Shown: positions 16,643 to 26,380, numbered from the stretch's first letter. The stretch is DNA of 48,307 nucleotides from Candidatus Colwellbacteria bacterium (GCA_023228665.1 JALOAR010000001.1:1-48307); one strand, 5' to 3'. Translations and numbers: made by a program. Notes: generated by a model from the letters alone, not told the origin.

Positions 16643-17221
16643 ATGCAGGATTTTTATTTAAAATATAAGATATGCGTTTCCGGCGCGGCGGAAACGATGC
16701 ATTGCGGAGAAGAAGCTTTTAATACTGCTGAAACTCTCGGCAGAGAAATAATTCGCCAAGGAGCGGTTCTTGTCGACGGAGCAACCACAGGTTTTCCTTT
16801 TTGGGCGGCTAAAGGGGCAAAAAAAGAAGGAGGCATAGTTATAGGAGTTTCTCCTGCTGAAACAAAAAAAGAACACATCGTGCATTACGAGCTGCCTATC
16901 GATTATCACGACATAATAATGTATACGGGTCATGGCTATTCTGGCAGAAACCTTTTGCTTACCAGGATGGCAGATGCTGTAGTTGTCGGTTGCGGGAGGA
17001 TGGGCACTTTAAATGAATTTACTATAGCTTTTGAAGATAAAAAGCCTATTGGCGTATTGGAAGGAATTTGGGAAACAGACGAAGTCATAAGAACTTTGAT
17101 AGAGAAATCATATCGCGCTCATGAAATGAAAGATAAGATTATTTTTGCAAACGATCCCAAGACGCTTATTTCTTCGGTAATAGAGATGATAAAGGCCGAA
17201 GAGAATAATGGGTTTAAGTAA
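16643..17221 (+). CDS. TIGR00725/LOG (SLOG)-family Rossmann-fold nucleotide-binding protein
   Basis: 192 aa. Matches the LOG-like pattern as I recall it: ICVSGAA...GGIVIGVSP...GGRMGTLNEF. Confidence 0.7.
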   Translation: MQDFYLKYKICVSGAAETMHCGEEAFNTAETLGREIIRQGAVLVDGATTGFPFWAAKGAKKEGGIVIGVSPAETKKEHIVHYELPIDYHDIIMYTGHGYSGRNLLLTRMADAVVVGCGRMGTLNEFTIAFEDKKPIGVLEGIWETDEVIRTLIEKSYRAHEMKDKIIFANDPKTLISSVIEMIKAEENNGFK

Positions 17222-17224
17222 GGA

Positions 17225-18343
17225 ATGCGTTTTTTAGAAAGCTTTAAAAAAACAGCTGTTCCCGCTGCTCTTTTATCTTCTTTAATAGTCGGCGCGGGAA
17301 TATTTTCTCTTCCTTATATATTTGTTCGGGCAGGGACTGTTTATGGCATTTTGTTGATGGTTTTTTTTGCGTGGGTAATGTCGACGCTTCATTTTCGTTA
17401 TGCGGAAATAATAGATCGCGATGACGGGAAAAAGAGATTTGTCGGCTATGCGAAAGAATATCTTGGAAATAAGGGATATATTTTTGGGCTGATATTTGCG
17501 GCAGGAGGGATAGCTTTTACTTTATCAGTATATCTTGCTCTTGCGCCCAGTTTTTATTCTTTAATATTTTCGTCAGCTATTCCGATTGTCGCAGTCTTTA
17601 TTTTTTGGATTATCGGAAGCGTTTTAACTTTACTCGGTCTCAAGAAGGCTGCTCCCGCGGGCATTATTATATTTTTAGCAATGGTGCTGATAATTGTCCT
17701 TCTTGGAATTTTTTCTTTTTTAAACGGCAATACCGGCAATATTGTTATTGCAGATCTTTTTAATCCCGCTAATTTAATATTGCCTTTCGGACCGCTTCTT
17801 TTTTCTTTTGCGGGCAGATCAGCCTTATCTTCAATAAGGGATAATTATAAAAGAGAAGATTATAATTTGGAGAGGTTTAAAAAAGCGATAAAAATCGGGA
17901 CTTTTTTGCCGGCAGCGCTTTATATTTTGTTTGTAGCGTCAGTAATATCTTTATCGCTTTATGGCGTTACTCCGGATGCTGTCGGCGGATTAACTAATAT
18001 TCCTCTGGCTGTTATTTCGGGTATCGGCGTTTTAGGTATATTTTCTATCCTAACTTCTTATATGGTTCTCGGAATGGAATTTTTGGGAATACTTAAAAAA
18101 GATATTAAATTAAAACCTTTGGTTGCCGGAGTTATATTTTCTTTTATTCCGCTTATTATATATTTTCTAGGTTCAGGAGATTTTATCAGGCTGGTGGGTA
18201 TTTCCGGAGGCGTGTTCTTGGCGGCAGAATCGATAATGGTTATTTTAATGGGAAGAAAAATATTTGGACGAAGAGCTACTGATATTGTTTTGGCAACGGT
18301 TTTTATTTTAGGAATAGCTTATGAGATATTTAGTTTGTTTTAA
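17225..18343 (+). CDS. Amino-acid permease-like polytopic membrane protein
   Basis: 372 aa with about 11 hydrophobic helices. N-terminal VGAGIFSLPYIF resembles the amino-acid/auxin and Trp/Tyr permease signature. Confidence 0.55.
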   Translation: MRFLESFKKTAVPAALLSSLIVGAGIFSLPYIFVRAGTVYGILLMVFFAWVMSTLHFRYAEIIDRDDGKKRFVGYAKEYLGNKGYIFGLIFAAGGIAFTLSVYLALAPSFYSLIFSSAIPIVAVFIFWIIGSVLTLLGLKKAAPAGIIIFLAMVLIIVLLGIFSFLNGNTGNIVIADLFNPANLILPFGPLLFSFAGRSALSSIRDNYKREDYNLERFKKAIKIGTFLPAALYILFVASVISLSLYGVTPDAVGGLTNIPLAVISGIGVLGIFSILTSYMVLGMEFLGILKKDIKLKPLVAGVIFSFIPLIIYFLGSGDFIRLVGISGGVFLAAESIMVILMGRKIFGRRATDIVLATVFILGIAYEIFSLF

Positions 18344-18387
18344 AAAATACACAAGCCATAATTTTATTATTCAGTTATAATTAACCG

Positions 18388-20073
18388 GTGATATTTACTG
18401 AAATTGCTTTGGCGCTTGTGATTGCTGCGTTTTTTGGATTTTTAGCTCACATTTTAAAACAGCCGGCGATAATCGGCTTTATAGCTGCTGGTGTTGTTGC
18501 CGGTTTTTTCGGTTTTCAGCATTTAAGCCAGCCGGAATTGATAGATAGTTTTTCTTCTGTAGGCATAGCCTTGCTTTTATTTATTGTCGGGCTTGAGATG
18601 AGATTTAGCGAGCTGAAGCATGTAGGCATATCATCTCTTATAACTGGTTTGGGACAAATTATATTTACGTTGGCGGCTGGGTTTGGCATTTTACACTATT
18701 TTCTTAACGTACCTTTTATTCCGGCAATATATATAGCGATAGCTTTAACTTTTTCATCGACGATAATAGTGATAAAGCTTCTTTCTGAAAAAGGGGATTT
18801 GCAAAGCTTATATGGAAGGATAGTTGTCGGTTTTTTACTGGTTCAGGATTTTGTCGCCATATTAATACTTGTTTTTCTTTCAGGAATGCAGGCAGGAGGG
18901 GATCCTCTGGCTAGTTTCGGGCTGGTTGCACTCAAGGGGTTGGGAATGATTTTGCTGACGATATTGCTTTCAAAAGTTTTTCCAAAAGTACTTCATCTTA
19001 TAGGGACTTCTCAAGAAATGCTTTTTTTATTCAGTATTGCTTGGTCTTTAGGCGTAGCGGCGATAGCAGCTTCTCCAGCTGTGGGATTATCTATAGAAAT
19101 AGGTGGTTTTCTTGCCGGACTCTCGCTTGCGAGCTCTTCCGAGCATTTTCAGATATCTTCCAAATTAAAGCCGATAAGAGACTTTTTCATAATAATATTT
19201 TTTATAGGGCTGGGCTTAAAAATGATGGAAGGCGTTGGTTCTATAGATATTGCCAAAGCGCTGATACTTTCTTTATTTGTACTTATCGGCAATCCTTTAA
19301 TTGTTTTTTTAATAATGAATCTTCTTGGCCACAGGGCAAGAACTTCTTTTATGTCCAGCCTGGCGGTGGCGCAAATATCAGAGTTTAGCTTGATAGTTAT
19401 GGCTATGGGGTACAGATTAGGGCATATAGGCCAGCCTGAAGTTGCGCTCGTAACTTTAATTGGCATATTTACCATTTTTTGTTCTTCATATCTCATAATA
19501 TACAGCGAAAAATTATATTCTTTCCTAAAGCCTTTAGTTTCTTTATTTTCTATTCGTTCGAGCAAAAAAGGAGAGGCTGAAACGGAAAAGCCTATGAAAA
19601 ATCATATAATACTTATTGGCGCTCATAGGCTTGGAAGAAATATTTTAAATTCTCTAACTGAAGGAAAGAGGAAGTTTTTAGTCATTGATTTTGATCCTAA
19701 AGTGGTTTCTCGGTTAACAGAAATAGGCATACCGGTTATATACGGGGATGCTTCAGACGAGGAAATTAGGGAGATTGCCGGCTTTTCAGGAGCTCGTGCC
19801 ATTATTGCGGCAGTACCTAATTTTAATGATAACGCGTTAATATTAGAGGAGGCTAAAAAGGCTAATCCGGACGTTAAAGTGATAAACACTGCTAGCGACG
19901 AGTGGCATGCAGCCAGGCTTTATGAGTCCGGGTCGGATTATGTAATAGTGCCGCATTATTTAGGGGGAGAGCATCTGGGCGCTATATTAAAGAAAAAAAT
20001 TGGGGAAGGACTATTGATTCTCTTAAGAGATCGAGTATGGATATTTTTGAAGAGCGCCTTTCTTAGCTTATAA
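18388..20073 (+). CDS. CPA2-family cation:proton antiporter (Kef-type) with C-terminal TrkA-N (RCK) domain
   Basis: 561 aa. About 12 TM helices, then a Rossmann motif IILIGAHRLGRNI...DFD. Confidence 0.85.
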   Translation: MIFTEIALALVIAAFFGFLAHILKQPAIIGFIAAGVVAGFFGFQHLSQPELIDSFSSVGIALLLFIVGLEMRFSELKHVGISSLITGLGQIIFTLAAGFGILHYFLNVPFIPAIYIAIALTFSSTIIVIKLLSEKGDLQSLYGRIVVGFLLVQDFVAILILVFLSGMQAGGDPLASFGLVALKGLGMILLTILLSKVFPKVLHLIGTSQEMLFLFSIAWSLGVAAIAASPAVGLSIEIGGFLAGLSLASSSEHFQISSKLKPIRDFFIIIFFIGLGLKMMEGVGSIDIAKALILSLFVLIGNPLIVFLIMNLLGHRARTSFMSSLAVAQISEFSLIVMAMGYRLGHIGQPEVALVTLIGIFTIFCSSYLIIYSEKLYSFLKPLVSLFSIRSSKKGEAETEKPMKNHIILIGAHRLGRNILNSLTEGKRKFLVIDFDPKVVSRLTEIGIPVIYGDASDEEIREIAGFSGARAIIAAVPNFNDNALILEEAKKANPDVKVINTASDEWHAARLYESGSDYVIVPHYLGGEHLGAILKKKIGEGLLILLRDRVWIFLKSAFLSL

Positions 20074-20082
20074 TCCAATTAT

Positions 20083-20445
20083 ATGGCTATAAAGTATATA
20101 GCGGAGCAGTTTACGTTGTGGCTGGCAGATTTTTTCCGCCATTGGTATTTTGACGGCTTATTTTTATTTTTAAGGACTTTTGTAAAAACTCTTTCTTTTT
20201 TAGATAGAATATTTGCCTTAAGGGTCAGTTTAAAGAATATATTCAAGCCTATGTATCAGGATAATAGTTTTATAGGCTATGTTATGGGTTTTTCGTTTCG
20301 TTCTTTAAGAATAATTACTGCCCTTATTTCTTATTCTTTTATAGCTTTTTTGTTTCTTGTGGCTTACCTGATATGGGCAGCGATTCCGCCTTATTTGCTT
20401 TTAAAATTATTTAATATAGATATCAATGTTTCAAATCTACTTTAA
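20083..20445 (+). CDS. Small membrane protein, overlaps the Clp-like gene
   Basis: 120 aa with hydrophobic segments. Its 3' end overlaps the start of the next gene by 20 nt. Confidence 0.5.
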   Translation: MAIKYIAEQFTLWLADFFRHWYFDGLFLFLRTFVKTLSFLDRIFALRVSLKNIFKPMYQDNSFIGYVMGFSFRSLRIITALISYSFIAFLFLVAYLIWAAIPPYLLLKLFNIDINVSNLL

Positions 20446-22912
20446 GGACGATTATTACAAGCTTTCTTTTTTTGGGAGACTATTGTCGAGAGTTTTTATA
20501 GCTACTTTTACAGCGATAACCGTTATCGGTTCGGCAGTTTTTATATTATCCGAATCTGCAAACCTTCGATTCGGGGGAGTGTTACTTGCTTTTTTTGCCG
20601 GGGACAGAATATTTCATTTAAGCAAGTCGAGAAAATCGATAAAGAAATTGCCGAGGGGTGGAAAAATAAATGTGGCGGATTATATTTCTCCAAAGGCAAA
20701 AAATATGGCTGCAGCAGCTTTTAATCGGGCAGTTCTCGGAGAACGGGATCTTTCTGTTGAAATGATGCTTGAAACGCTTACTGTAAGAGAGGTTAAGGAA
20801 GCAATAAGACGTTTAGGCATAGATCCTGTAAAAGTTAAGGAGAGAGTAATAGAGATTTCTGGAAAAAATTTTCCAAAACAGGATAAAAATTTACTGAAAG
20901 ATAAAATGGAAACGACAGCAAAAGAGGCTTTCAAAATTGCTTTAAAGGCCGGAGAAAGATCAGTTACGCCGGCAGATTTTCTGGTTGCTCAAGGGCGGGC
21001 AGGCAGCGATTCGGTTATAAAAGTTTTTCGCCTTTTTGACATAGATCCGGATGATTTAGAAAAGGCTTTAATATTTGGAAGGCTTGCTAAAGAGAGAAAT
21101 GTGCCGAGTACATCTTTTTTTGCAAGAAGAATGCCTACGACCAAGATAAGGCCTGTAAATAGGGCATGGACATCAAGACCGACACCTACTCTTGATATGT
21201 TCGGGTTTGATATAACCGATATGGCGGTGGCAGGCAAATCAGGCTTTCTTATAGGACATAAGAATGAGTATGAACGCCTTGAAGATATATTGTCCCGTCC
21301 GACAAAACCCAATGCTTTATTAGTTGGCGAACCTGGAGTAGGAAAGGAGACAATAGTCGGCTATCTTGCTTACAGAATACTGAAAGATCAGGTGCCTTCG
21401 AATTTATTTGATAAAAGGCTAGTGGCATTAAATATCAGCGCTCTTTCGTCTGGCGCTGATCAGGCTGAATTGCAGCGCAGGATAAATAAGATAATAAATG
21501 AGATAAGAGAAGCGGGAAATGTAATACTTTATATACCGGAGATACATAATTTAAGCAGGACTTCCGGAGAGATGTATTTGTCTGCTGCCAATATATTACT
21601 TCCTCTTATAAGCGGCGATGAATTTCCGACTATAGGCACAACTTATCCTAAAGAGTATAAGCAGTATATAGACCAAGACAGCGCTTTTGCGGGAGTATTT
21701 GAATCTATCCCGGTGGGAGAAATATCTGAAGACGAGGCAGAAGAGTATCTTTCTTATGAAAGCGTTGTTCTCGAGAGGGAATGGAAGATAGAGATATCTT
21801 TTGCTTCTATAAAAAAAGCGGTATTGATAGCAAAGAAATATTTTCATAAAAAACCCCTGCCTTCTTCAGCAGAAGATTTATTGAAAGAAGCATTATCGGA
21901 AGCAAGGAGAAGAGGAGATGATGTTCTTGATGAAAGCGATATTATAAGGGCGGCTGAAAAGAGAGTTAATATTCCGATACATCATGCCGGTCCGGCTGAA
22001 GCAGAAAAACTTTTAAATCTAGAGGCTGAAATACATAAAAGGCTTGTGGATCAAGAGGAAGCGGTTGGAGCTGTTTCTAGGTCTCTTAGGGAGTATAGAA
22101 GCGGTCTTTCAAGAAAGGGCGGGCCGATAGCTTCTTTTCTTTTTGTTGGTCCAACTGGCGTTGGAAAAACTGAACTTGCAAAAATTTTGGCAGCGATACA
22201 ATTCGGATCCGAGGAAATGATGGTGAGAATAGATATGTCTGAATATCAAGATACGGGGAGCGTATCGAGGCTTATAGGATCTAGTGGCGGAAAAATATAC
22301 GGAGCGCTTACCGAATCAGTTTCAGAAAAGCCTTACAGCTTGATACTTCTTGATGAATTTGAAAAGGCAAACGGAGATGTTTTAAATTTATTTTTACAAG
22401 TTTTGGATGACGGAAGGCTGACGGACGGATTGGGCAGAACTGTTGATTTCCAAAATACTATAATAATAGCTACCTCTAATGCTCATTCGGGATTTATTAA
22501 GGATTCTCTTGATAAAGGCGAAGATCCTGCCCAAATTTCCGAGATTTTAAAAAAGAGGCTTACTGAATATTTTAAGCCAGAATTATTAAATAGGTTTTCT
22601 GATATAATCTCTTTTAAAACTCTATCTGTTTCTGATATGGAAAAGATAACAAAATTAAATTTGGCGTCTTTAGCTGGAATGCTTGAAGAAAGCCAGGGAA
22701 TAATGATCAATTTTGACGATAGAGCAGTAGCTGCCTTAGCAAGGCAGGGATACGATCCTACTTTTGGAGCAAGGCCTTTGCGAAATGCTATATCAAAATC
22801 AATAAAGGATCCGCTGTCTTCAAAAATATTGTTAGGCGATATAAAAAGAGGCGATATAGTCAGCGTTTCTTGCGGGGAAGACGGCGTTTTTTCTTTTTCA
22901 CCCGCATCTTAA
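20426..22912 (+). CDS. Membrane-anchored ClpB/ClpC-like double-AAA+ protein with degenerate NBD1
   Basis: 828 aa. Two N-terminal TM helices. NBD1 reads GEPGVGKE (Thr to Glu) and ILYIPEIH (Asp to Pro). NBD2 is canonical: GPTGVGKT, LILLDEFEKA, GARPLRNAI. Confidence 0.85.
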   Translation: MFQIYFKDDYYKLSFFGRLLSRVFIATFTAITVIGSAVFILSESANLRFGGVLLAFFAGDRIFHLSKSRKSIKKLPRGGKINVADYISPKAKNMAAAAFNRAVLGERDLSVEMMLETLTVREVKEAIRRLGIDPVKVKERVIEISGKNFPKQDKNLLKDKMETTAKEAFKIALKAGERSVTPADFLVAQGRAGSDSVIKVFRLFDIDPDDLEKALIFGRLAKERNVPSTSFFARRMPTTKIRPVNRAWTSRPTPTLDMFGFDITDMAVAGKSGFLIGHKNEYERLEDILSRPTKPNALLVGEPGVGKETIVGYLAYRILKDQVPSNLFDKRLVALNISALSSGADQAELQRRINKIINEIREAGNVILYIPEIHNLSRTSGEMYLSAANILLPLISGDEFPTIGTTYPKEYKQYIDQDSAFAGVFESIPVGEISEDEAEEYLSYESVVLEREWKIEISFASIKKAVLIAKKYFHKKPLPSSAEDLLKEALSEARRRGDDVLDESDIIRAAEKRVNIPIHHAGPAEAEKLLNLEAEIHKRLVDQEEAVGAVSRSLREYRSGLSRKGGPIASFLFVGPTGVGKTELAKILAAIQFGSEEMMVRIDMSEYQDTGSVSRLIGSSGGKIYGALTESVSEKPYSLILLDEFEKANGDVLNLFLQVLDDGRLTDGLGRTVDFQNTIIIATSNAHSGFIKDSLDKGEDPAQISEILKKRLTEYFKPELLNRFSDIISFKTLSVSDMEKITKLNLASLAGMLEESQGIMINFDDRAVAALARQGYDPTFGARPLRNAISKSIKDPLSSKILLGDIKRGDIVSVSCGEDGVFSFSPAS

Positions 22913-22967
22913 AAAAATATCAGGTTTTTATTACTGGTAGTTGTGAGTTATTATTAATAAGAAAAAT

Positions 22968-23627
22968 ATGATAGGGGATTTTGTAAAATCTTTTAAAATA
23001 AGTAAGATTGCCAAAAATTTTATTATCGCGGATCTTGTTCTTTTTGGCGGATGGGGTCTTGTTTCTCCGATAATGGCGGTTTTTATAATAGATGAAATTC
23101 CGGGCGCGAATCTTGTTACGGTTGGGCTTATGACTACTATATATTGGGCTGTTCGGTCGTCTATAGAATTGCCTATAGCGACAGTAATAGAAAAGACTAA
23201 GTCGGAAAAGGACGATCTTTATGTTCTTATATTGGGCTTATTGCTTGTGTCGGTGGCTGCTTTTTGGCTTACGGTCGTTAAGACTGTCCCCCAGCTTTTT
23301 GTTAATCAAGCAATAAAGGCATTAGGCTTTGCTTTTTATGCCGCTTCTTGGTCGGGAATATTTTCTCGCCACATAGATACGGATAAGGCAGCGAGAACTT
23401 GGGCTATCGATCATACAGTGCTGGGTATCGCCACAGGAATAACCGGAGCGGTTGGCGGATATCTTGCTGTACGTTTTGGCTTTGATGCCATATTCGTGGC
23501 GGCGGGGATAACGTCTTTTATAGCGGCGGTTATAGTTTTTCTTGTTCCGGATATAGTATTTCCTGGCAAGAAATACAAGCCTGTGTTTAAAGGGATTCGC
23601 AACCATTCGCCAAAGACTGAAAGATGA
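22968..23627 (+). CDS. Half-size (6-TM) MFS-like membrane protein
   Basis: 219 aa with about 6 TM helices resembling one MFS half. Its stop overlaps the polX start (ATGA). Confidence 0.5.
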   Translation: MIGDFVKSFKISKIAKNFIIADLVLFGGWGLVSPIMAVFIIDEIPGANLVTVGLMTTIYWAVRSSIELPIATVIEKTKSEKDDLYVLILGLLLVSVAAFWLTVVKTVPQLFVNQAIKALGFAFYAASWSGIFSRHIDTDKAARTWAIDHTVLGIATGITGAVGGYLAVRFGFDAIFVAAGITSFIAAVIVFLVPDIVFPGKKYKPVFKGIRNHSPKTER

Positions 23628-25363
23628 TTAATGAGGAAATAGCCAAGATATTCCAAGAGATAAGCGAGTATCTTGAGATGGGAGAAGAGCCATTCAAACC
23701 AAGGGCTTATTCTCGGGCAGCGCGGATAATAGGAGAATTAGAAAAAGATTTAACTGATATCTACAAAGAGGGTGGCGAAAAGGCGCTAAAGGATCTTCCG
23801 GGGATAGGGGGATCAATGGCGGAAAAGATAGAAGAATATATAAAGACAGGAAAGATAAAATATTTTGAAGATTTAAAGAAAAAAGCTCCTATTGATGTAT
23901 CTTCGCTTACAGCGGTGGAAGGATTGGGGCCAAAAAAAATAAAACAGCTTTACAAAAAGCTAGATATAAAAAATATTGAAGATCTCGAAAAAGCGGCGAA
24001 GGATAAAAAAATAAGAGAGCTTGAGGGCTTTGGAGAAAAGACGGAAGAAAATATACTGAAGGGCATAGATTTTTTAAGGCAATCTGGGGGGAGATTTATT
24101 CTCGGCTATATTTATCCTTTAGCTCAAGAAATAAAAGAACGCATAAAAAAAAGAAAGGGAGTAAGCAAGGCAAATATAGCCGGTTCTGCGAGAAGAATGA
24201 AAGAGACCGTGGGGGATTTAGACGTACTTGCTTTAATGGATAAAGAAGATGAGGCGGCTGATGTAATGGATTATTTCACTTCAATGCCCGAGGTTATAAA
24301 TGTTTATTCAAAAGGATCGACAAGGTCTTCGGTGAGGTTAAAACAAGGCATAGATATCGATCTTAGAATTTTACCGAAGGAATCATATGGAGCAGGACTT
24401 ATTTATTTTACGGGGTCTAAAGACCATAATATTGAACTTAGAAAAATAGCTATTAAAAAAGGGTTAAAACTAAACGAGTACGGCCTTTTCAAGCGGGATA
24501 AGGCTATTGCCGGAAAAAGCGAACCAGAGGTTTACGAGAGCTTGGGGCTGGATTTTATACCGCCGGAATTAAGAGAAAATACAGGAGAAATAGAAGCTTC
24601 TTTAAATGGAGAACTTCCGCATTTAATAGAGGAAAAAGACATATTAGGAGATCTTCAAATACAGACTAAGTGGTCTGACGGAGAAAATTCCATAATGGAT
24701 TATGCTGAAGCAGCGATAAAGAAGGGCTTGAAATACATATTAATAACTGACCATAGCAAAAGATTAGCTATGATTGGAGGCTTGGATGAAAAAAAGCTTA
24801 AAAAGCAGGGAAAAGAAATAGATAAAATAAATAGGATAATAGCCGATAAAGGCATAGATTTTAGGGTTTTAAAAGGTGTTGAGTGCGATATATTGAAGGA
24901 TGGATCGCTTGATTTAGCGGATGATGCGCTAGCTGAACTTGACATAGTCGGTGTGGCAGTACATTCTTATTTTAATTTACCGGCTGTTTCGCAGACAGAA
25001 AGATTAATAAAAGCGATGGAAAATAAGAATGCAGATATTCTTTTCCATCCAACTACTCGGGTAATAAACCAGAGAAAAGCTATTGATCTTGATATAGATG
25101 CTGTCATAGAAGCTGCCTACAAAACGGGAACGACATTAGAAGTTGATTCTTTTCCCGATAGGCTTGACTTGAAAGACGAATATATTAGGAAATGCGTGGA
25201 GAAGGGCGTAAAAGTTTCTATAGATACGGATGCCCATTCTATTAAGCATCTTGATTACTTAAAATTCGGCGTAGCTCAAGCTAGGAGGGGATGGGTTTCT
25301 AAGGAAAGCGTTATTAATGCTTGGCCGGTGGATGAGTGTTTAAGAAAAGTCAGAAAAGTATAA
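23624..25363 (+). CDS. polX: Family X DNA polymerase with C-terminal PHP domain
   Basis: 579 aa. HhH motifs (LPGIGGSMAEKI and VEGLGPKKIKQL), GSARRMKETVGDLDVL catalytic region, and PHP motifs (ITDHS, HPT, DTDAH). Confidence 0.9.
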   Translation: MINEEIAKIFQEISEYLEMGEEPFKPRAYSRAARIIGELEKDLTDIYKEGGEKALKDLPGIGGSMAEKIEEYIKTGKIKYFEDLKKKAPIDVSSLTAVEGLGPKKIKQLYKKLDIKNIEDLEKAAKDKKIRELEGFGEKTEENILKGIDFLRQSGGRFILGYIYPLAQEIKERIKKRKGVSKANIAGSARRMKETVGDLDVLALMDKEDEAADVMDYFTSMPEVINVYSKGSTRSSVRLKQGIDIDLRILPKESYGAGLIYFTGSKDHNIELRKIAIKKGLKLNEYGLFKRDKAIAGKSEPEVYESLGLDFIPPELRENTGEIEASLNGELPHLIEEKDILGDLQIQTKWSDGENSIMDYAEAAIKKGLKYILITDHSKRLAMIGGLDEKKLKKQGKEIDKINRIIADKGIDFRVLKGVECDILKDGSLDLADDALAELDIVGVAVHSYFNLPAVSQTERLIKAMENKNADILFHPTTRVINQRKAIDLDIDAVIEAAYKTGTTLEVDSFPDRLDLKDEYIRKCVEKGVKVSIDTDAHSIKHLDYLKFGVAQARRGWVSKESVINAWPVDECLRKVRKV

Positions 25364-25368
25364 AAAAG

Positions 25369-25938
25369 ATGAAAAAAGAATTTTCAGCGGGACTTATAAT
25401 TTACCGCAAAACACCGCACGGTCCGCGTTTTTTGCTTTTGTACCATGGCGGGAGATATTGGAATTTTCCCAAAGGCCATATCGAATACAACCAGAAAAGC
25501 GTAAAAACCTCTATTGGCGGAGACGAAGAGGTTATTAATGTAAGAGAAACAAGCAAGGAGGCAGCTATAAGAGAAACTTATGAGGAAACAGGCATAGATC
25601 CATTAAGGCTTTCTATAAAAAAGAATTTTAGAGCAGTCGAAAAATTCCGTTTTAGGAGAAATAGAGAGCAAATATTTAAGGTAGTTATTTTTTATCTGGC
25701 CGAAACAGACCAAAACGAAGTAACTATATCATCCGAGCATGATGGCTTTGGCTGGTTTCAATATAAAGACGCGAGACATATTCTCACGCCTTATAAGGAT
25801 AGCCAAAGATTGTTGCGAAGCGCTTATGATTATATAAGGCCTAAGAAGAAGACTGTTCCTTTACGGACGAAACAAGTTTCTTCCAAGCTTCAGGATGAGA
25901 AGAAGCAATCTCCGCTAACACCTTCCGATCAAGCTTGA
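25369..25938 (+). CDS. Nudix hydrolase (Ap4A-hydrolase-like) with an insertion in the Nudix box
   Basis: FPKGHIE...EAAIRETYEETGI. The ATG at 25369 avoids overlap with polX (the maximal ORF starts at 25336). The C-terminal tail overlaps rplT on the opposite strand. Confidence 0.8.
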   Translation: MKKEFSAGLIIYRKTPHGPRFLLLYHGGRYWNFPKGHIEYNQKSVKTSIGGDEEVINVRETSKEAAIRETYEETGIDPLRLSIKKNFRAVEKFRFRRNREQIFKVVIFYLAETDQNEVTISSEHDGFGWFQYKDARHILTPYKDSQRLLRSAYDYIRPKKKTVPLRTKQVSSKLQDEKKQSPLTPSDQA

Positions 25939-26200
25939 TATCGGACTTGTTTAAAGAATCGATAAAAGTGCTGTATTTTAAGCCGTCTTCTTTTAGGGCG
26001 GCGTTTATTTTTACATTCCAAAGAGTTCTGGCGGTTCTCTTTTTTTCTTTTCTTCCCGTATAAGCGTGCTGCCAAGCGTGAATAAGAGCTTCTTTAGCAG
26101 CTCTTTCTTTTGATTTTCTACCCCAACGGAAACCTTTAGTATGCTTTAGGAGACTTTCTCTTTTTTTGTGGGCTGTAGCGCCTCTTTTAACTCTAGTCAT
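25841..26200 (-). CDS. rplT: 50S ribosomal protein L20
   Basis: 119 aa. MTRVKRGATAHKKRESLLKHTKGFRWGR is typical of L20. Confidence 0.95.
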   Translation of the reverse strand: MTRVKRGATAHKKRESLLKHTKGFRWGRKSKERAAKEALIHAWQHAYTGRKEKKRTARTLWNVKINAALKEDGLKYSTFIDSLNKSDIKLDRKVLAEIASSHPEAWKKLVSSVKEQSSS

Positions 26201-26203
26201 TTT

Positions 26204-26380
26204 TTACAGTTCGGATTGTATACGTTTTCTATCAACTGATGCAACGTTAACGGAATTTCTTTTATCGCGAATAGTTTTAGACCTTTTCTTTGACTTAAAG
26301 TGGGCCTGTCCCATTTTTCGGCGAACAAGTTTTCCGGTTTTTGTGGTTTTAATTCTCTTGGAAAAAGTTTTTTTAGACAT
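26204..26380 (-). CDS. rpmI: 50S ribosomal protein L35
   Basis: Not in the ORF track (58 aa). Hand translation gives MSKKTFSKRIKTTKTGKLVRRKMGQAHFKSKKRSKTIRDKRNSVNVASVDRKRIQSEL*. Lies between infC and rplT. Confidence 0.9.
   Translation of the reverse strand: MSKKTFSKRIKTTKTGKLVRRKMGQAHFKSKKRSKTIRDKRNSVNVASVDRKRIQSEL

Noticed and set aside
20426-22912. Calling this gene clpB or clpC outright
   Set aside because: It has no ClpB-length middle domain, no obvious ClpP-binding tripeptide and a degenerate NBD1. The family is clear, but orthology is not.
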